A program made the translations under genes and the position numbers. From Atractiella rhizophila (lineage: Eukaryota): DNA of 64,000 nucleotides. Numbering within the stretch: position 1 is the stretch's first letter; each line of letters starts with the position of its first letter. This document shows, piece by piece, positions 1 to 11,190 of the stretch. The stretch covers positions 1-64,000 of the forward strand of contig MU271216.1 in assembly GCA_021432655.1 (NCBI GenBank). The letters are read 5' to 3'. The notes beneath the pieces are model-generated. The model was given only the letters and a program-made list of their open reading frames with translations, was not told the DNA's origin and did not search any database.

Positions 1-579
1 TCTGCTGGGAGAAGGCGTGAAGGGTGGGACAGAGTGGATGCGATGAGGAGGGGCGGGGCACAAGAGAGCAGTGGCTGTGGAAGTTGGTGGATGGAAGGTG
101 AGAAGCAAGCTGAAACAGAAAATACTGGGAGATAATTGTTAGTACAACATTCATGCAAAGAGGAAAGGAATGAGACATAACAAGAGAGGCTCACCTTTTC
201 GCCGTGCTGCAGAAGCACACTCACAGATCAGAGAATAGAGGATGTCGGAGGAAGCTAGGTGGATGAGAAGATGGGGAAGGAAAGCGTGGCGGATGGGTAG
301 ATGGAAGAAGGAGGAAAGGACTTGCACAACTACACCAGTCCTTTCCTCCGCCTTTGCTTAGTGTTTGTGGGTCCGTCCTCCTTCCTTCTTTTCCTCATTC
401 CATTCATGCTTCTTCTGAGAACTCTTCTCTTCTTTCGAAGGAAGATTTGGCCGTGTTTGTGGCCTCGGACACGCGGCGCGCCCAACATCGACCAGTTTCC
501 CCGCAGCACAAACTGGTCGACCAGTTTTTGACCAGTTTTAACCCCGACGGTCTCCGACCCCTTGGGCGACGGGTCTGCT
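1..579 (-). mobile_element. 5' end (TIR plus leader) of a second copy of the TIR DNA transposon at 14596-20216; continues beyond the window's left edge
   Basis: 1-579 is a near-identical reverse complement of 14597-15175 and ends in the TIR ...CCCTTGGGCGACGGGTCTGCT. Confidence 0.92.
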
Positions 580-827
580 GACTATGCGAGATCATTTTAT
601 GTGGAAAGAAGGCCGGCGGTCGGAAAGGAATTGATTGTGACACTTTAATTTTTTTCGCAAAACCCTCGCGGCGATTAGTTTGTCGATCTATCTCCGACGA
701 GCGCGGCCAGCGGAGCGACTGGTTCACCCTCCTTCAACTGCATATGTTGTGACTTTGAATGCTCTCATGTGCGACCCAGTATGATAGCCCAAAAGTCATG
801 CAAAAGTTTGAAAAGGTCATTTATGAG

Positions 828-1724
828 CTATATTCTTGAGGCAAGATCAATATGTTGCGACATGCGCTTCAAACTGTTCACGTAGGTGAACTTCTTCGGG
901 TCCTTCGAGTAGGCGTCTACATGTTCCTTCCAAGTGCCTGAAAGCATAGTTCCCATCGCACCTTCAAACTCATCTTTTGTCCAAGCAGGGTTTGGGTCAT
1001 ATCCCCCATAACCATGGCTCTGAATGTCTGAGCGGGCATTTCTTGCACGGCGGAAAAGAATCGTCTGTAAAACGCATTGCTCTTCATTGTTCCCGTTCAG
1101 GGCCATGATAATCAGTGGGGCATCATCTGCAGCGGGTAACGCACCAGTCTCAGCAAAGCTATTTCGTCGAAGAACCTTTCCTGTCTGTACACCGCCACCT
1201 CGAAGGTATTGTTTTGGCTAAAAGAAGCGAAAACCGCTCTGGAGGCGATCTGGATGCCCACATTGTCTTTGTTGAGGTGAAATCCGAGGTAGAATTTGAG
1301 GGCTTCCGTCCAAGATGGTTTCGCAGTTAATCGAATCCTAAACTCTGTCAGGAAGAATATCTACGTAATGAACATGTTGGCGGCAAGCACTGAGAAGAAG
1401 GGGCATATCGTATTTATCGGTAGCGGCTAGCAAGTCCAGGATCAACTCTGCTGGAAGTACGTCATCATTCATCAACCTGCTGTCTCTTCCGCAAGCCAGT
1501 TCGAGAAAGCACTCGATGACATCAATTTTCTCATCCAGGTTAATCTTCGGAACTTCGCTTGCATCAGGCTGGGTTGGGACAGCAAGCATCCCAAGGAAAA
1601 CAGAAGAGTGTTCTTCAAGAGCGCATCTTCGAACGCCAAAAGCTGTTCCCTCCTTGGATATAAGGACGAGATCAGTTCTCTCGAGTTTAGGGAAGCTTGG
1701 TGGGAACTGGAGCTGGTCTGACAT
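828..1724 (-). pseudogene. BTB/POZ-domain protein gene, about 3 exons, first splice junction appears damaged
   Basis: MSDQLQF...TDLVLISKEGTAFGVRRCALEEHSSVFLGML...INLDEKIDVIECFL...LLAATDKYDM is a typical fungal BTB pattern. Downstream exon-like frames are IRLTAKPSWTEALKFYL and QCVLQTILFRR. The first intron would be only ~27 nt and out of phase. Confidence 0.65.
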
Positions 1725-2889
1725 TGGAAAGCTCAGCGAAATGCTGAGTTGTACTAGGGAAAAAGGTATAAGAGGTAACGGTTCAACAGTAGAACTAGTC
1801 AAGGTAGAAGTGCGATCTTGTCGCAAAACCTTTGGGGTGACCAGTTTGCCAGTTTTGCTGCTCCAGATGATCGCACATTTCCCGCAGGTAGACATCGGAA
1901 GGCCCCTCAGATCCTGCGTGATTTCCGCATCGTTCTGTACACTGTTTAACCCACCAACCTGAAGGAATAGTACACTCTCCTCCATTCATTTACATTCCTA
2001 AAGACTTTGTATGTTGTTCCTCAAACTCTAAGGATTGTTTCTGATAGTTTCTGGTTACAGAAGAGTCTTCTACCAGCACAACCATCGAGCGTGGCTGGCG
2101 TTTCAACTCATTTCGACGAGCTCTGTCTGCCATGACGCATCCCTATGCGTCCGAAAACAGGTATTCAAGACTTTCATTGAATCTATAACACCTATCTGCT
2201 GCAATTAGTGCAGAGTAACGCAAAAGAAACGGGTATGTAACAACATTTTTAGCTTCTTCGTCTGTAAGAGCTGTGCTGACTTGTCGCGTGGTGGAAACAG
2301 CCTTCTTCGGCCTTTTCTCGCTCCACTCCTCTTCTCTGAAGTAACGAAAGGCGTTCCGTCCTGCCCCACCGGCAGGTGTGAACGCGCACAATCCCCTTCT
2401 CGTCCCAACCTGTGAATACCTACGATGCTTCTCGTTCGCCTCTCGCTCCACTTCCCTCACACAACAGTATTCCCCGCTCTTACTCACAACATTCAGCCCC
2501 GAGTCCCTCGTTCCTCGTTACTTCCGCGCCAATCTCTGGAGGAATCATAACAAACAGTGCTCCTGCATCTCCTGGTCATGCAACCAATCCTGCACGCAAT
2601 CCCGCCTCACCAACACCGCAAAATCGCGTCGTTCAAGCACAGATAGCTCAAGCTAGCCAACGGCCATGTTCTCGAGCTACTCGTGACCCTGATCGACAGG
2701 ATTTCGATTCTGAAGACCACGATGACGATGAAGAGGAGCACAAAGGGATTGTCTGTTACAACGACTGGCAAGAGAGTTGGGAGGATGAGAACAGAGCCAG
2801 AAAGAGGAAGAGGAAGTCTGAAGAACCAGCAGAGACAAGGAAAGGACTGGAGGTGATCCGGGAGAAACTCAGGGTGTTGGGTCTGGATC

Positions 2890-3172
2890 GCTCCATCGAC
2901 TCAACTCTTATTCTTCCTCAAACACAGCGGCCGCCACCACGAAGTGCCTTTCCTTTAGGAAACTCTTTCAGTTTTCTACACCCTCGAGATGCTGATGTGC
3001 AGCTACCTCCTTCCACTGACCGTTCTGCGGTTGAAGTCTATCTATTCATGCTGGCATCCACCAGATACTTGGAATGGTCGCTTTACCAAATGGGCAAGTT
3101 CATTGTGGAAAGATTGGGTGGTTTGGGATTGAAACAGATTGAGATACATTTCGAGAATCTTGAACTAGGGAA
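2890..3172 (+). mobile_element. Internally deleted fragment of the CACTA/Tnp2-type transposase family at 42000-44915
   Basis: About 2890-3098 matches about 44298-44506 (SIDxTLILPQTQ...), and 3099-3172 matches about 44871-44945 (FIVERLGGLG...). Confidence 0.88.
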
Positions 3173-4452
3173 CCTAAGTTTGATGTTGGGTGCACATTTT
3201 GCCCAGGTCGCTGTAAGAAGTCGCGGATTTGTTGGTCGGATAAACTTTGCACTTCGAAGTCAGGCTGAAGTGCACGATGTCGCTGAAGCATGCCGGGCGA
3301 CCGCACCTGCCTGTTCTTGGTCTCGAGCTGTGTCCCCTCAATTCCTTCTTCTCCTTGCTGAATAACCTACTGGAACAGCAATCATTTTATTTTTTTTGGA
3401 GTGGGGCAGGAGATTAGCCTGTTTAAGGGGACGAGACGAAACGTAGAGTATTTTCGCACTGAAATATATGCTCCTTTTCAATGATTAGTGATCGATTGAT
3501 CCCTCGTACCTAGAAGTGATTGAAGCTGACATTTTCATTTCCCAGGCGTCAAGATGTTTGCATCTACTCTTAAATTCAGGTGTGCTTTCCAAGTTTTTTT
3601 CGAGCTGACTGCTTTGACTGGTTTAGAGCAGAAACATGAATCGTAACCAATTTGGCGAAGTGGGAAGACATCTAGGCTCGTCCCTTCGAATGTCGGACCG
3701 TAACCGGGTAAAATTGGGTAAACACGCATCTTCAGCCGTTGTCTTCGTTTCGTGAACAGAACGTCGCCATTCTCCACTCCTCCAAACGTTCTCGAAACAC
3801 AAATGTTCGCAAAACTGACGGCTTTGCCAGAAACTTTGCGATTCATGAGCGGATTTCGGAGTACCCCTTGTCGGCCGCTCGTTTCACCTTCACCTTTTGA
3901 TTCGCACTGGCAAGCCAAATAATCTTATTCGTTTAGTGCGCGACGTCCGATGAAGTGAATGCCGAAATCCGCACTACCTTTCCAATTCATGGACACTTCG
4001 CTGCGTAATAAGAGGGCGTTGGTGCCCTGGTAGAGTTGGAGGAGGCAGGAATTAGGAGTCGGAACCATGGCACTGAGTGAACGGGCGTGAAGATTTGTCA
4101 TAATCGATTCTTCCGGTTCGTGTGCTGCAGAGCTTGCGAAATCATAGTTGCGAAACAGGCGGCCGATATTGCACACGCCGAATTCCGAAGAGATTTTCAC
4201 GATTTACAAGCAATTGCATCGTCTACAAAGAAAGTAGGTCGTCCTCAGTAAAGGGGAGGAGAGAAGGGTTATATAGCCCTTCCTCCTTCTTGCAACCGCC
4301 GTCTTCACAAAGCACCAAAAGCACCATCCACAAAAACAGTACCCCGAAATGAGCGAAGACATTCTCAGGCCGGTGTTTCTTGACCCAGAGTTCTGTTCCA
4401 ATTGCAAGGCCAGAGACAGTCTACTCCGGTGCTCTAATTGCCTTTGGGTTGC

Positions 4453-5585
4453 TTATTGTGTGGGTTTCTCTTCATCCTCTCTAAATTTGGACTGACGAAG
4501 TGGGCGTGTTAGGATCGCAAATGACAATCTGCTGATTGGCAAAAATCTCACAAAGGTCTCTGCAAATTTGTAGCGAGCATACGTGAAGACATTGATGACA
4601 AAGAAAGGCTCAAGGGTCGAGTGTTCGGTTTCGAGCTGAGTGGGATTCGATGGAGACAGTTGAGCGAAAAGGGTGGGGGGAATCCAGGCGACAGCGCGTA
4701 GAGGAGCGAATAACCATTTGGCTTTGATGGAAACGACGGCGCGGCCTACAGTATGAGGCAGAACGACGGTGACGAGGATCAGGCGCGTAAATTTGAAGAT
4801 GACAAGGGCAAGATTTCGGGAGAGGGGTTTGAAGCCCCTGAAGCCGCCAGCGTCGATGATCCAATGAAAGGCGTCGTTAAAGGCAACATCTTCGACAGTT
4901 CCTGCGAGATGAGGCGATTTAATATTATCACCGGCCACCGGTTGCGGAACGGGGCTGGTTATAGCGGATTGCGGCTCGATTGGAGGAGAGGCACGCATTA
5001 GGGGAGACCTGTCTGGCGGGGAGACGAGAGGTACGTCGTAAGGAGAGGTGAATTCTATAACACTGGACGACTTCTCTTGAAGGAAGGTCTCAAGCTGCAC
5101 CTTCTCCGCGACAATTACGGAGGGAGGTGGAGGCATGACTGACGCACAGCTGGGTTAGGATCAGGAATGTTGGCGTTCTGCGTGATTCGGATTGAGGACC
5201 ACTGGAGGAGTATAAACCATTTGTAGAAGAAGGCGACGGCAAAGGTCAAGAGGATGACTTGACCTTGCTGGATATCGGACCGTAGGGTATCGGTATTGAA
5301 GGAAAGCCAGGGGGCTGGGCCGGAGTGCTGAGGATTCGGAGAAAGGAACGGTGGTGACGTTTCATGGGGATTGATATTGAGGGAGGTGAAGAAGCGACCA
5401 AGAGCTTCTGCGATGCTCCACGCAGCTTGCAAAATGCGAGCGAGAATGCAAGGCAAGATGAGATCCCAGAGAAATGCGAGGCGGACGATTCTCGTGAGCC
5501 ACGACGCAAAGAAATATGGGATGGAGGGCGGACAAGCGCAATGTTTGAGAAGAGAGCTACAAATTCGACGTGTGGTTGGATTCAT
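4453..5585 (-). pseudogene. Hypothetical protein, two consecutive ORFs joined by an apparent frameshift near 5135
   Basis: Overlapping ORFs 5115-5600 and 4453-5136 on the same strand with hydrophobic and Pro-rich segments; no domain recognised. Confidence 0.3.
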
Positions 5586-5848
5586 GGTGGTAAACGTCAA
5601 ATCCTCGATTAGAGGAACACCGTAGGCCTGAAGATTGTATTTGGCTTCGAAGATTAGTTCAGTACGAGAAGACGAAAGGACGGAGAGTATGGTGGATGGT
5701 TCCCTTTTGGGCTGAGGGTCATAACGAGTTTATTGGATGAGCTTGGGTCGTGTCCTTACCGGAGAGAGGCGAGGACAGATTTTGAGGATTAGGAGAAAAA
5801 GGTTCATTCGCGCAAGGAACAGTTTGACGAGACACGGATCTGTAAGCA

Positions 5849-5941
5849 CTGCAAATGCGAGCCACAAAAGCGATGAGAATACATTTCATTGTTACTTAAG
5901 AGAAATAACTGTACCTGCAAATGCGAGCCACAAAAGCGATG
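5849..5941. repeat. 27-bp perfect direct repeat, two copies 66 bp apart
   Basis: CTGCAAATGCGAGCCACAAAAGCGATG at 5849-5875 and 5915-5941. Confidence 0.9.
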
Positions 5942-7099
5942 GGACTCGCACTGCAGGGGTCTTGCATATTTGTGAGAAAATATCACCGTAGCCCGTCGCC
6001 GTTCCTTGAGCCAATTATCAAGCAATAGAAGAAGGAGAAATGGAAAGAGAAAAAGTCACAAGACCAAAATGACGTAGGAAGTGAGAAATGGGAATGCGCA
6101 AATGTCCATCACAGTTGATTCGAGTAACAAGGTTGATTCTGGTGAGGGGTGCTTCACTCGCGCGAGATGGAGGAGAATTCACTCACGCGAGGAGACTCGA
6201 GCCATACAGCCCGTCTCGTCTGGACGACCTGAACGAGCGAAACGGACCGCCTGCCAGATGCATTTTTTCATCTCGAGCGGTCAATAAAACGGAAATCGTC
6301 GAATGTTCGCAAAGCACATTAACCAAAATTGAAAACCTGAGAAAGGATATCACTGAAAATCTCGAAAGCACAATTATCCGACTCTCCACCAGAACAGAAT
6401 GGAAACAGGTCAGGCCTCTTGGAACGATGGTTCATCTGCTGACAGACTTTAATAGGGAACTTGAACTCCAGCATCTCCATTGCTCCTGAAGGCGTCTATG
6501 CCGAGGACGCTGGGTGGAAGAATCCAACTATTGACGTGGGACAATCTGAAAGCCTTTTTCCTTGACCCGAAGAGCACCGAAGCGTTACCTGATGGTGACA
6601 TTGTTAAGAGGACGGCAGAATCCTCCGCGAAATGGAAGATCAGAACCAAGACCTCACGTTTCTGAATTTTTCCAACGTTGAAAAGTCTAATTTTCGTCAT
6701 TCCCATGGCAACCCCAATTCCTCAATGACTCATGGTTTTGGTGATCATCAATGTCGATTATCTTTAGTTTCGTTGTAAACTGCTTGACGATACACCATAC
6801 TAAAACTGTTGGTTGCTTTCTGCAATTAAGAGGCTATCGCGCTAGTCAGCTTCTCATCAGTGACCTATTGTTATTTCACAAGATATCGTTACAGATGATG
6901 GAGAGAGAAGTGGAGCATCATGCAGTTGAGCAGGGTAACGTAACACCACCTGCTGTCCTTGTTGGATGTGACGACATATGGATCCTAGTGGGTCAGATTG
7001 TCACAAAGGCGACGAAAGTAGGAGGCGTTAATGCCCCCAATCAAACTCGTCTGAGTTGAATAGCCGGTTGCCCTTCCCCGCTGTGGTAGCTAGACGTGC

Positions 7100-7660
7100 A
7101 CGCATTCACCTCCCGTCCGACGGCTACTCCGCGTCGCATCTTCCAATAGCTGTCGAACCTCTCTACCCCCACCTCGAAACCTTGTGTTGGAAAGCCTCCG
7201 GGTCGACGACTGTTTCTTCGGCTTCTTTGGCTCATTGTTAGGGAAGATGAAGAGCTTTAAGGCTCTGGTAGATCTTGGAGGGAATGCTCTGCCAGTGGAC
7301 AGAAAGAGTGCATTGAAGGCTCTGCGACCTTAGAAACGTTGGCATGTGGGGAATAATGAACAATAGAAGGCGAGAGTAGTCCTGACATTATTGCATTGGA
7401 TGGTCAGTATGGGGAGAGAGAGAGAAAGCGTTGAGGAGATTGAAGAGATTGCGAATTTCGGTCAAGGTTAAGGTTCGGTGGAAGGCTTGGAGCTCCCCAT
7501 AGTCTTGACGTCCTCGAATGCAAACGTGACGACGCATGAGTGATGGAGACTCCATCTTCTTCGTGGACTCGGACCCTCAAACATTTATTTGCTGTGACTC
7601 GAATACCGTTGATCTTAGTATTTCTATTCGTTGTGCGTAATTCAAACGCATTTTCAAGAA
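7100..7660 (+). pseudogene. C-terminal fragment of an F-box/LRR-type gene, paralogue of the split gene at 55727-57313
   Basis: IHLPSDGYSASHLPIAVEPLYPHLETLCWKAS...KALVDLGGNAL...QYGERE.. matches both halves of the 55.7-57.3 kb gene; frameshifts and stops are present. Confidence 0.8.
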
Positions 7661-8553
7661 GTCGGAAGAGCGTCACACATCAGCAAAATCTGGAACCATA
7701 CCTTTAACCAATTGAACCTATCACAGGCGTGACAGGCATATTGGCTCTGGGAAGGTACCCCCCTATGACAGGCTTCATTGGTCACCTTTGGTGCCTTTTG
7801 GGAGAAACTTCCAATACACCTTTGCACCGCTACTCTGAATAGGTTATCATTGGCAAATACCCTTTCAGTGGATGTTTGATTGGACTTCAATAGGTCCGTA
7901 ATAGGCCTTAGATGCACCATAAAGGAAGTGGTATAGGACCCTATGTGGCCTTTAATGCCTTTTAGATTCAGCTTACTTTTAATAGGACACAGGTTTACAA
8001 AACTATTAAAGGATATATATTGCAGTATGGACTAAGAATCACAATAGACAACGGTATTAAAAGATCTTAAATCAGGCGAAGAGAAATGCGAAACAAGCAC
8101 TTCACTAACAATATCAAACCGCAACCTGAAGTTTCCGCTTATATCGAGGAGGCAGACATGATGGAGCCGGTTGAATGATGACAACAGCCGAGTTGGTACT
8201 ACCGGATGTTGAGGGAAGAGGAAATCCACCTTTGGAGAAAGTCAGTTGGAAGCAATCAGAAGGGAATTACATACCTGCTCTCCTGTTTAGCTCGATCAAG
8301 AGTTTCTTGTTGCCACCTTCACTTTCCAGTCCTGTCACATGCACCCACTAACATCCATCCGCCACAGCCTGCCACTCCACCACCTGCCTCTCCTCCGCCT
8401 ATCACTCTGCCTCTGACTCCTCCTGTCACTCCACCTGTCCCTCCACCTGTCCCTCCACCTGTTCCGCTGCCTGCCACTCCATCATCTGCCACTTCCCCAC
8501 CTACTCCTTCACCAGGCACTCCTCCCCCTCCTCTGCCCACCACTTTGCCTGTG

Positions 8554-10300
8554 ATGGGGAAGACCAAGAGAACACGAGCGGAAGAGGAACCTACCGACGA
8601 ATCTGCCCCGCCGCTCAAGCGAATACGTCCTACGAAGGAGGAGCGCACTCAGCACAGGAGGAAACAGCTAGAAGAGTATGGGATAAGAGCTGCTCAGATT
8701 GAGAAGCTGTTGCAGAGGAATCCGTTTCTGACACACCTTCAGGGACGGAGGGTTCGAGCGTTGGAAACTTATTATAACCTGTTAAGACTGGGTACAAGAT
8801 GGAAGCTGGAAGCATCGCAGATTGCGGCAGCATCCCACCGATTTGGCTTGGCTTTCGGAGCACGGTGCATTCATTTATGGGCCAACCATTATGAGGAGAC
8901 AGGGGAGCTTCCAGTGTCAAATAGAGGTCAGTCCATTTGCTTATTGTCAAGTATGTGCTCATGATGCATTGCAGGGAGGCATGTAAAAACATATACATTG
9001 CTCAATGATCCAGAAATCTGTGGATATCTCCGTTCCTGGCTCCGTACAAATAAGTGGTCAATGGATCCAACGAAGCTCGCTCAATTCCATGTCAACACGA
9101 TGGTCCCACTTGCACTGGAAAAGTATGCAAGGCAAACAATCCGAGAGGAGATTCCGCAAGGGGTGAAGAATTATCTTGAGGTGGAGCTATTTCCTCATAT
9201 CCGATTTAAGCCGGGACCAAAGGGTATATCACTGAGGACAGCCAGGAGATGGTTTGAAGAAAGAAGGCTTTAAATGGACCTATTACAAGAAGGGCCTCTA
9301 CTTTGAGTACGTCTGCTGCTGCCCTTACCTTGCGGATTATGAGTGTGACCTGACTTTCTGTACATGTGCAGCGGTCATGAGCGGCCAGATGTTGTCAAGT
9401 ATCGGCAAGAGGTTTTCATTCCCCAGTTTGAAAGCTATATTCCACGGCTCTGTCAATATGAAGTTGGAAATGTGATGAAAGAAGTTGTTAAGGATCTTGC
9501 CCCTGAAACCCGCCGAGTTGTCCTTGTCTCTCATGACGAGTCGACTTGCAATGCACATGATGGCAAACACTTCTCATGGGTGCTTAACGGGCAAAACAAC
9601 CTTCGAAAGAAAGGACAAGTTCGTGGTCTACACCGGTCAGACTTCATTTGCTCAACCCAAGGATGGCTGGATGCAACCGGGAGAAGACATGTCCAGCGGA
9701 TGGTTTATGATGATGGAACTCCGAAAGGGATGAGGGTTGTGTTGGAGGAGAGAAACTTGTGGTTGCCGGGACTGCGGGGGAAGTGTAAGAAAGTTACTGA
9801 CCATCGTGATGATCACAAGTGTTGTGCTGGTAAGCTTCTTCCTTTGATTTCGAAAGTTGACTTACGTCTGTGTTAGAGAGATGGCTTGCAGCACAGCCAG
9901 ATTTCCTGAAGCAGAAGCCATTTGTGCAAGAGATTCTGGAGCGGAGAGGCCATTGTGCAATTTCCTCCCAAAATTTCATTGCGAATTAAATTTTATTGAG
10001 TTTTTCTGGGGAGCAATGAAACGATATATCAGAGGTAATGGCAGGCTTCCACTTATCTGCTTTGTGACTGACATATGGAACAGAGAATTGCGACTATACC
10101 TTTGAAGGATTGAAGTGAACGGTTCCAGAAGGTTTGCGGTCAGTACCATTGTCAACAATCCGTAAATTTGAGCACCGGAGCCACCGCTGGATTCAAGCCT
10201 ACAAGGAGGGGAAGAGTGTGATTGATGCTGAATATCAACAGAAGCAGTACTCTTCACATCACAGGATTCCTGAGGCTCGAGCAGCTCAGGAAGATCAATA
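8554..10300 (+). mobile_element. Tc1/mariner-IS630-like (DDE_3-type) fungal transposase pseudogene
   Basis: Motifs [74 protein letters not shown]. Frameshifts are present and the central catalytic region appears deleted; TIRs not found. Confidence 0.8.
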
Positions 10301-10498
10301 ATTTACAATAAAGCAGATATATTTGCGTCATAATTAGAGTCTGATAATTTCCTTATATACAAATAGTAAATTCATCTAACCCACTCTTCTCTTCTTGGCC
10401 GCGACAACCTCGTTCCTCAGCCTTATCAAGTCTGGCCAAGCGACAAGTAAGCAACAAAAAAAAATTATTAGAAACAAGCTGGGGGGGCCCTCGTCCCT

Positions 10499-11122
10499 CG
10501 GGGGGACCACATTGAGTTTCTGCTGTTTTTCAATAAAAAGTGGTTGACTATGCTGTTAGGAACATGCTGAGAGATAATCAGTGATTGAGTACTCATAACA
10601 CTTCTTTGGAACTACATTATCTGTTAAATTGTGTGCAGGCACTCCCAGCTTCAAGAGTGACAAAATGTGAGGGAACAGAGAATTGAACTGACACCAAAAA
10701 CAAAATTATGTCAAATTCTCACTTGACACCAACTACACCATCACACAGACTCTTTGTATTAAAACCGATGTTAAGTAGATAAGGAAAACTTGCCCTATGT
10801 ACCAACTTGACACACAATTATTTTTTGTCCTTTAAATAAGCTTTGTTGTGTACGGTCCAAAAGGCGCTGACACGTGTATTCTGGTGGTATGCTCACAATT
10901 TTGACGCGGTTGTTGTGGACCAAGAGTCACTTGAGGCAGGAACAATTTTTTTTTCGTCTTTCAAATCGACTTTGTTGTATACGGTTCGAAAGGCGCCGAC
11001 ACGCGTATTCTGATGGTATGCTCAGATTACTAGCCAGGGATGTTGTGGGTGGTGAGAGAAGTGCTCAAAAGTACATGCGTGAGTCATGCTAAAAACCCGT
11101 CGTGCTTTATATATAAGGATTT
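10499..11122 (+). repeat. ~620-bp dispersed non-coding repeat (inverted copy at 46383-47017) with an internal ~130-bp duplication
   Basis: Co-linear reverse-complement similarity, e.g. TGTTTTTCAATAAAAAGTGGTTGACTAT and GCGTATTCTGATGGTATGCTC. Confidence 0.88.
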
Positions 11123-11190
11123 GGAATGACTCATCATCAACTATCATCAACGAGTCATGGTTTGCCACAGTGGTTGCAACTGGCCGACCT

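Noticed and set aside
301..727. Short ORFs at 301-727 and their counterparts at 14475-14875
   Set aside because: They lie in the TIR/leader of the transposon, and indels between the two copies change the frames.
8340..8553. Pro-rich extension of ORF 8206-8964 and the antisense Gly-rich ORF
   Set aside because: Low-complexity CCACCT-type repeats upstream of the likely transposase ATG; no independent support.
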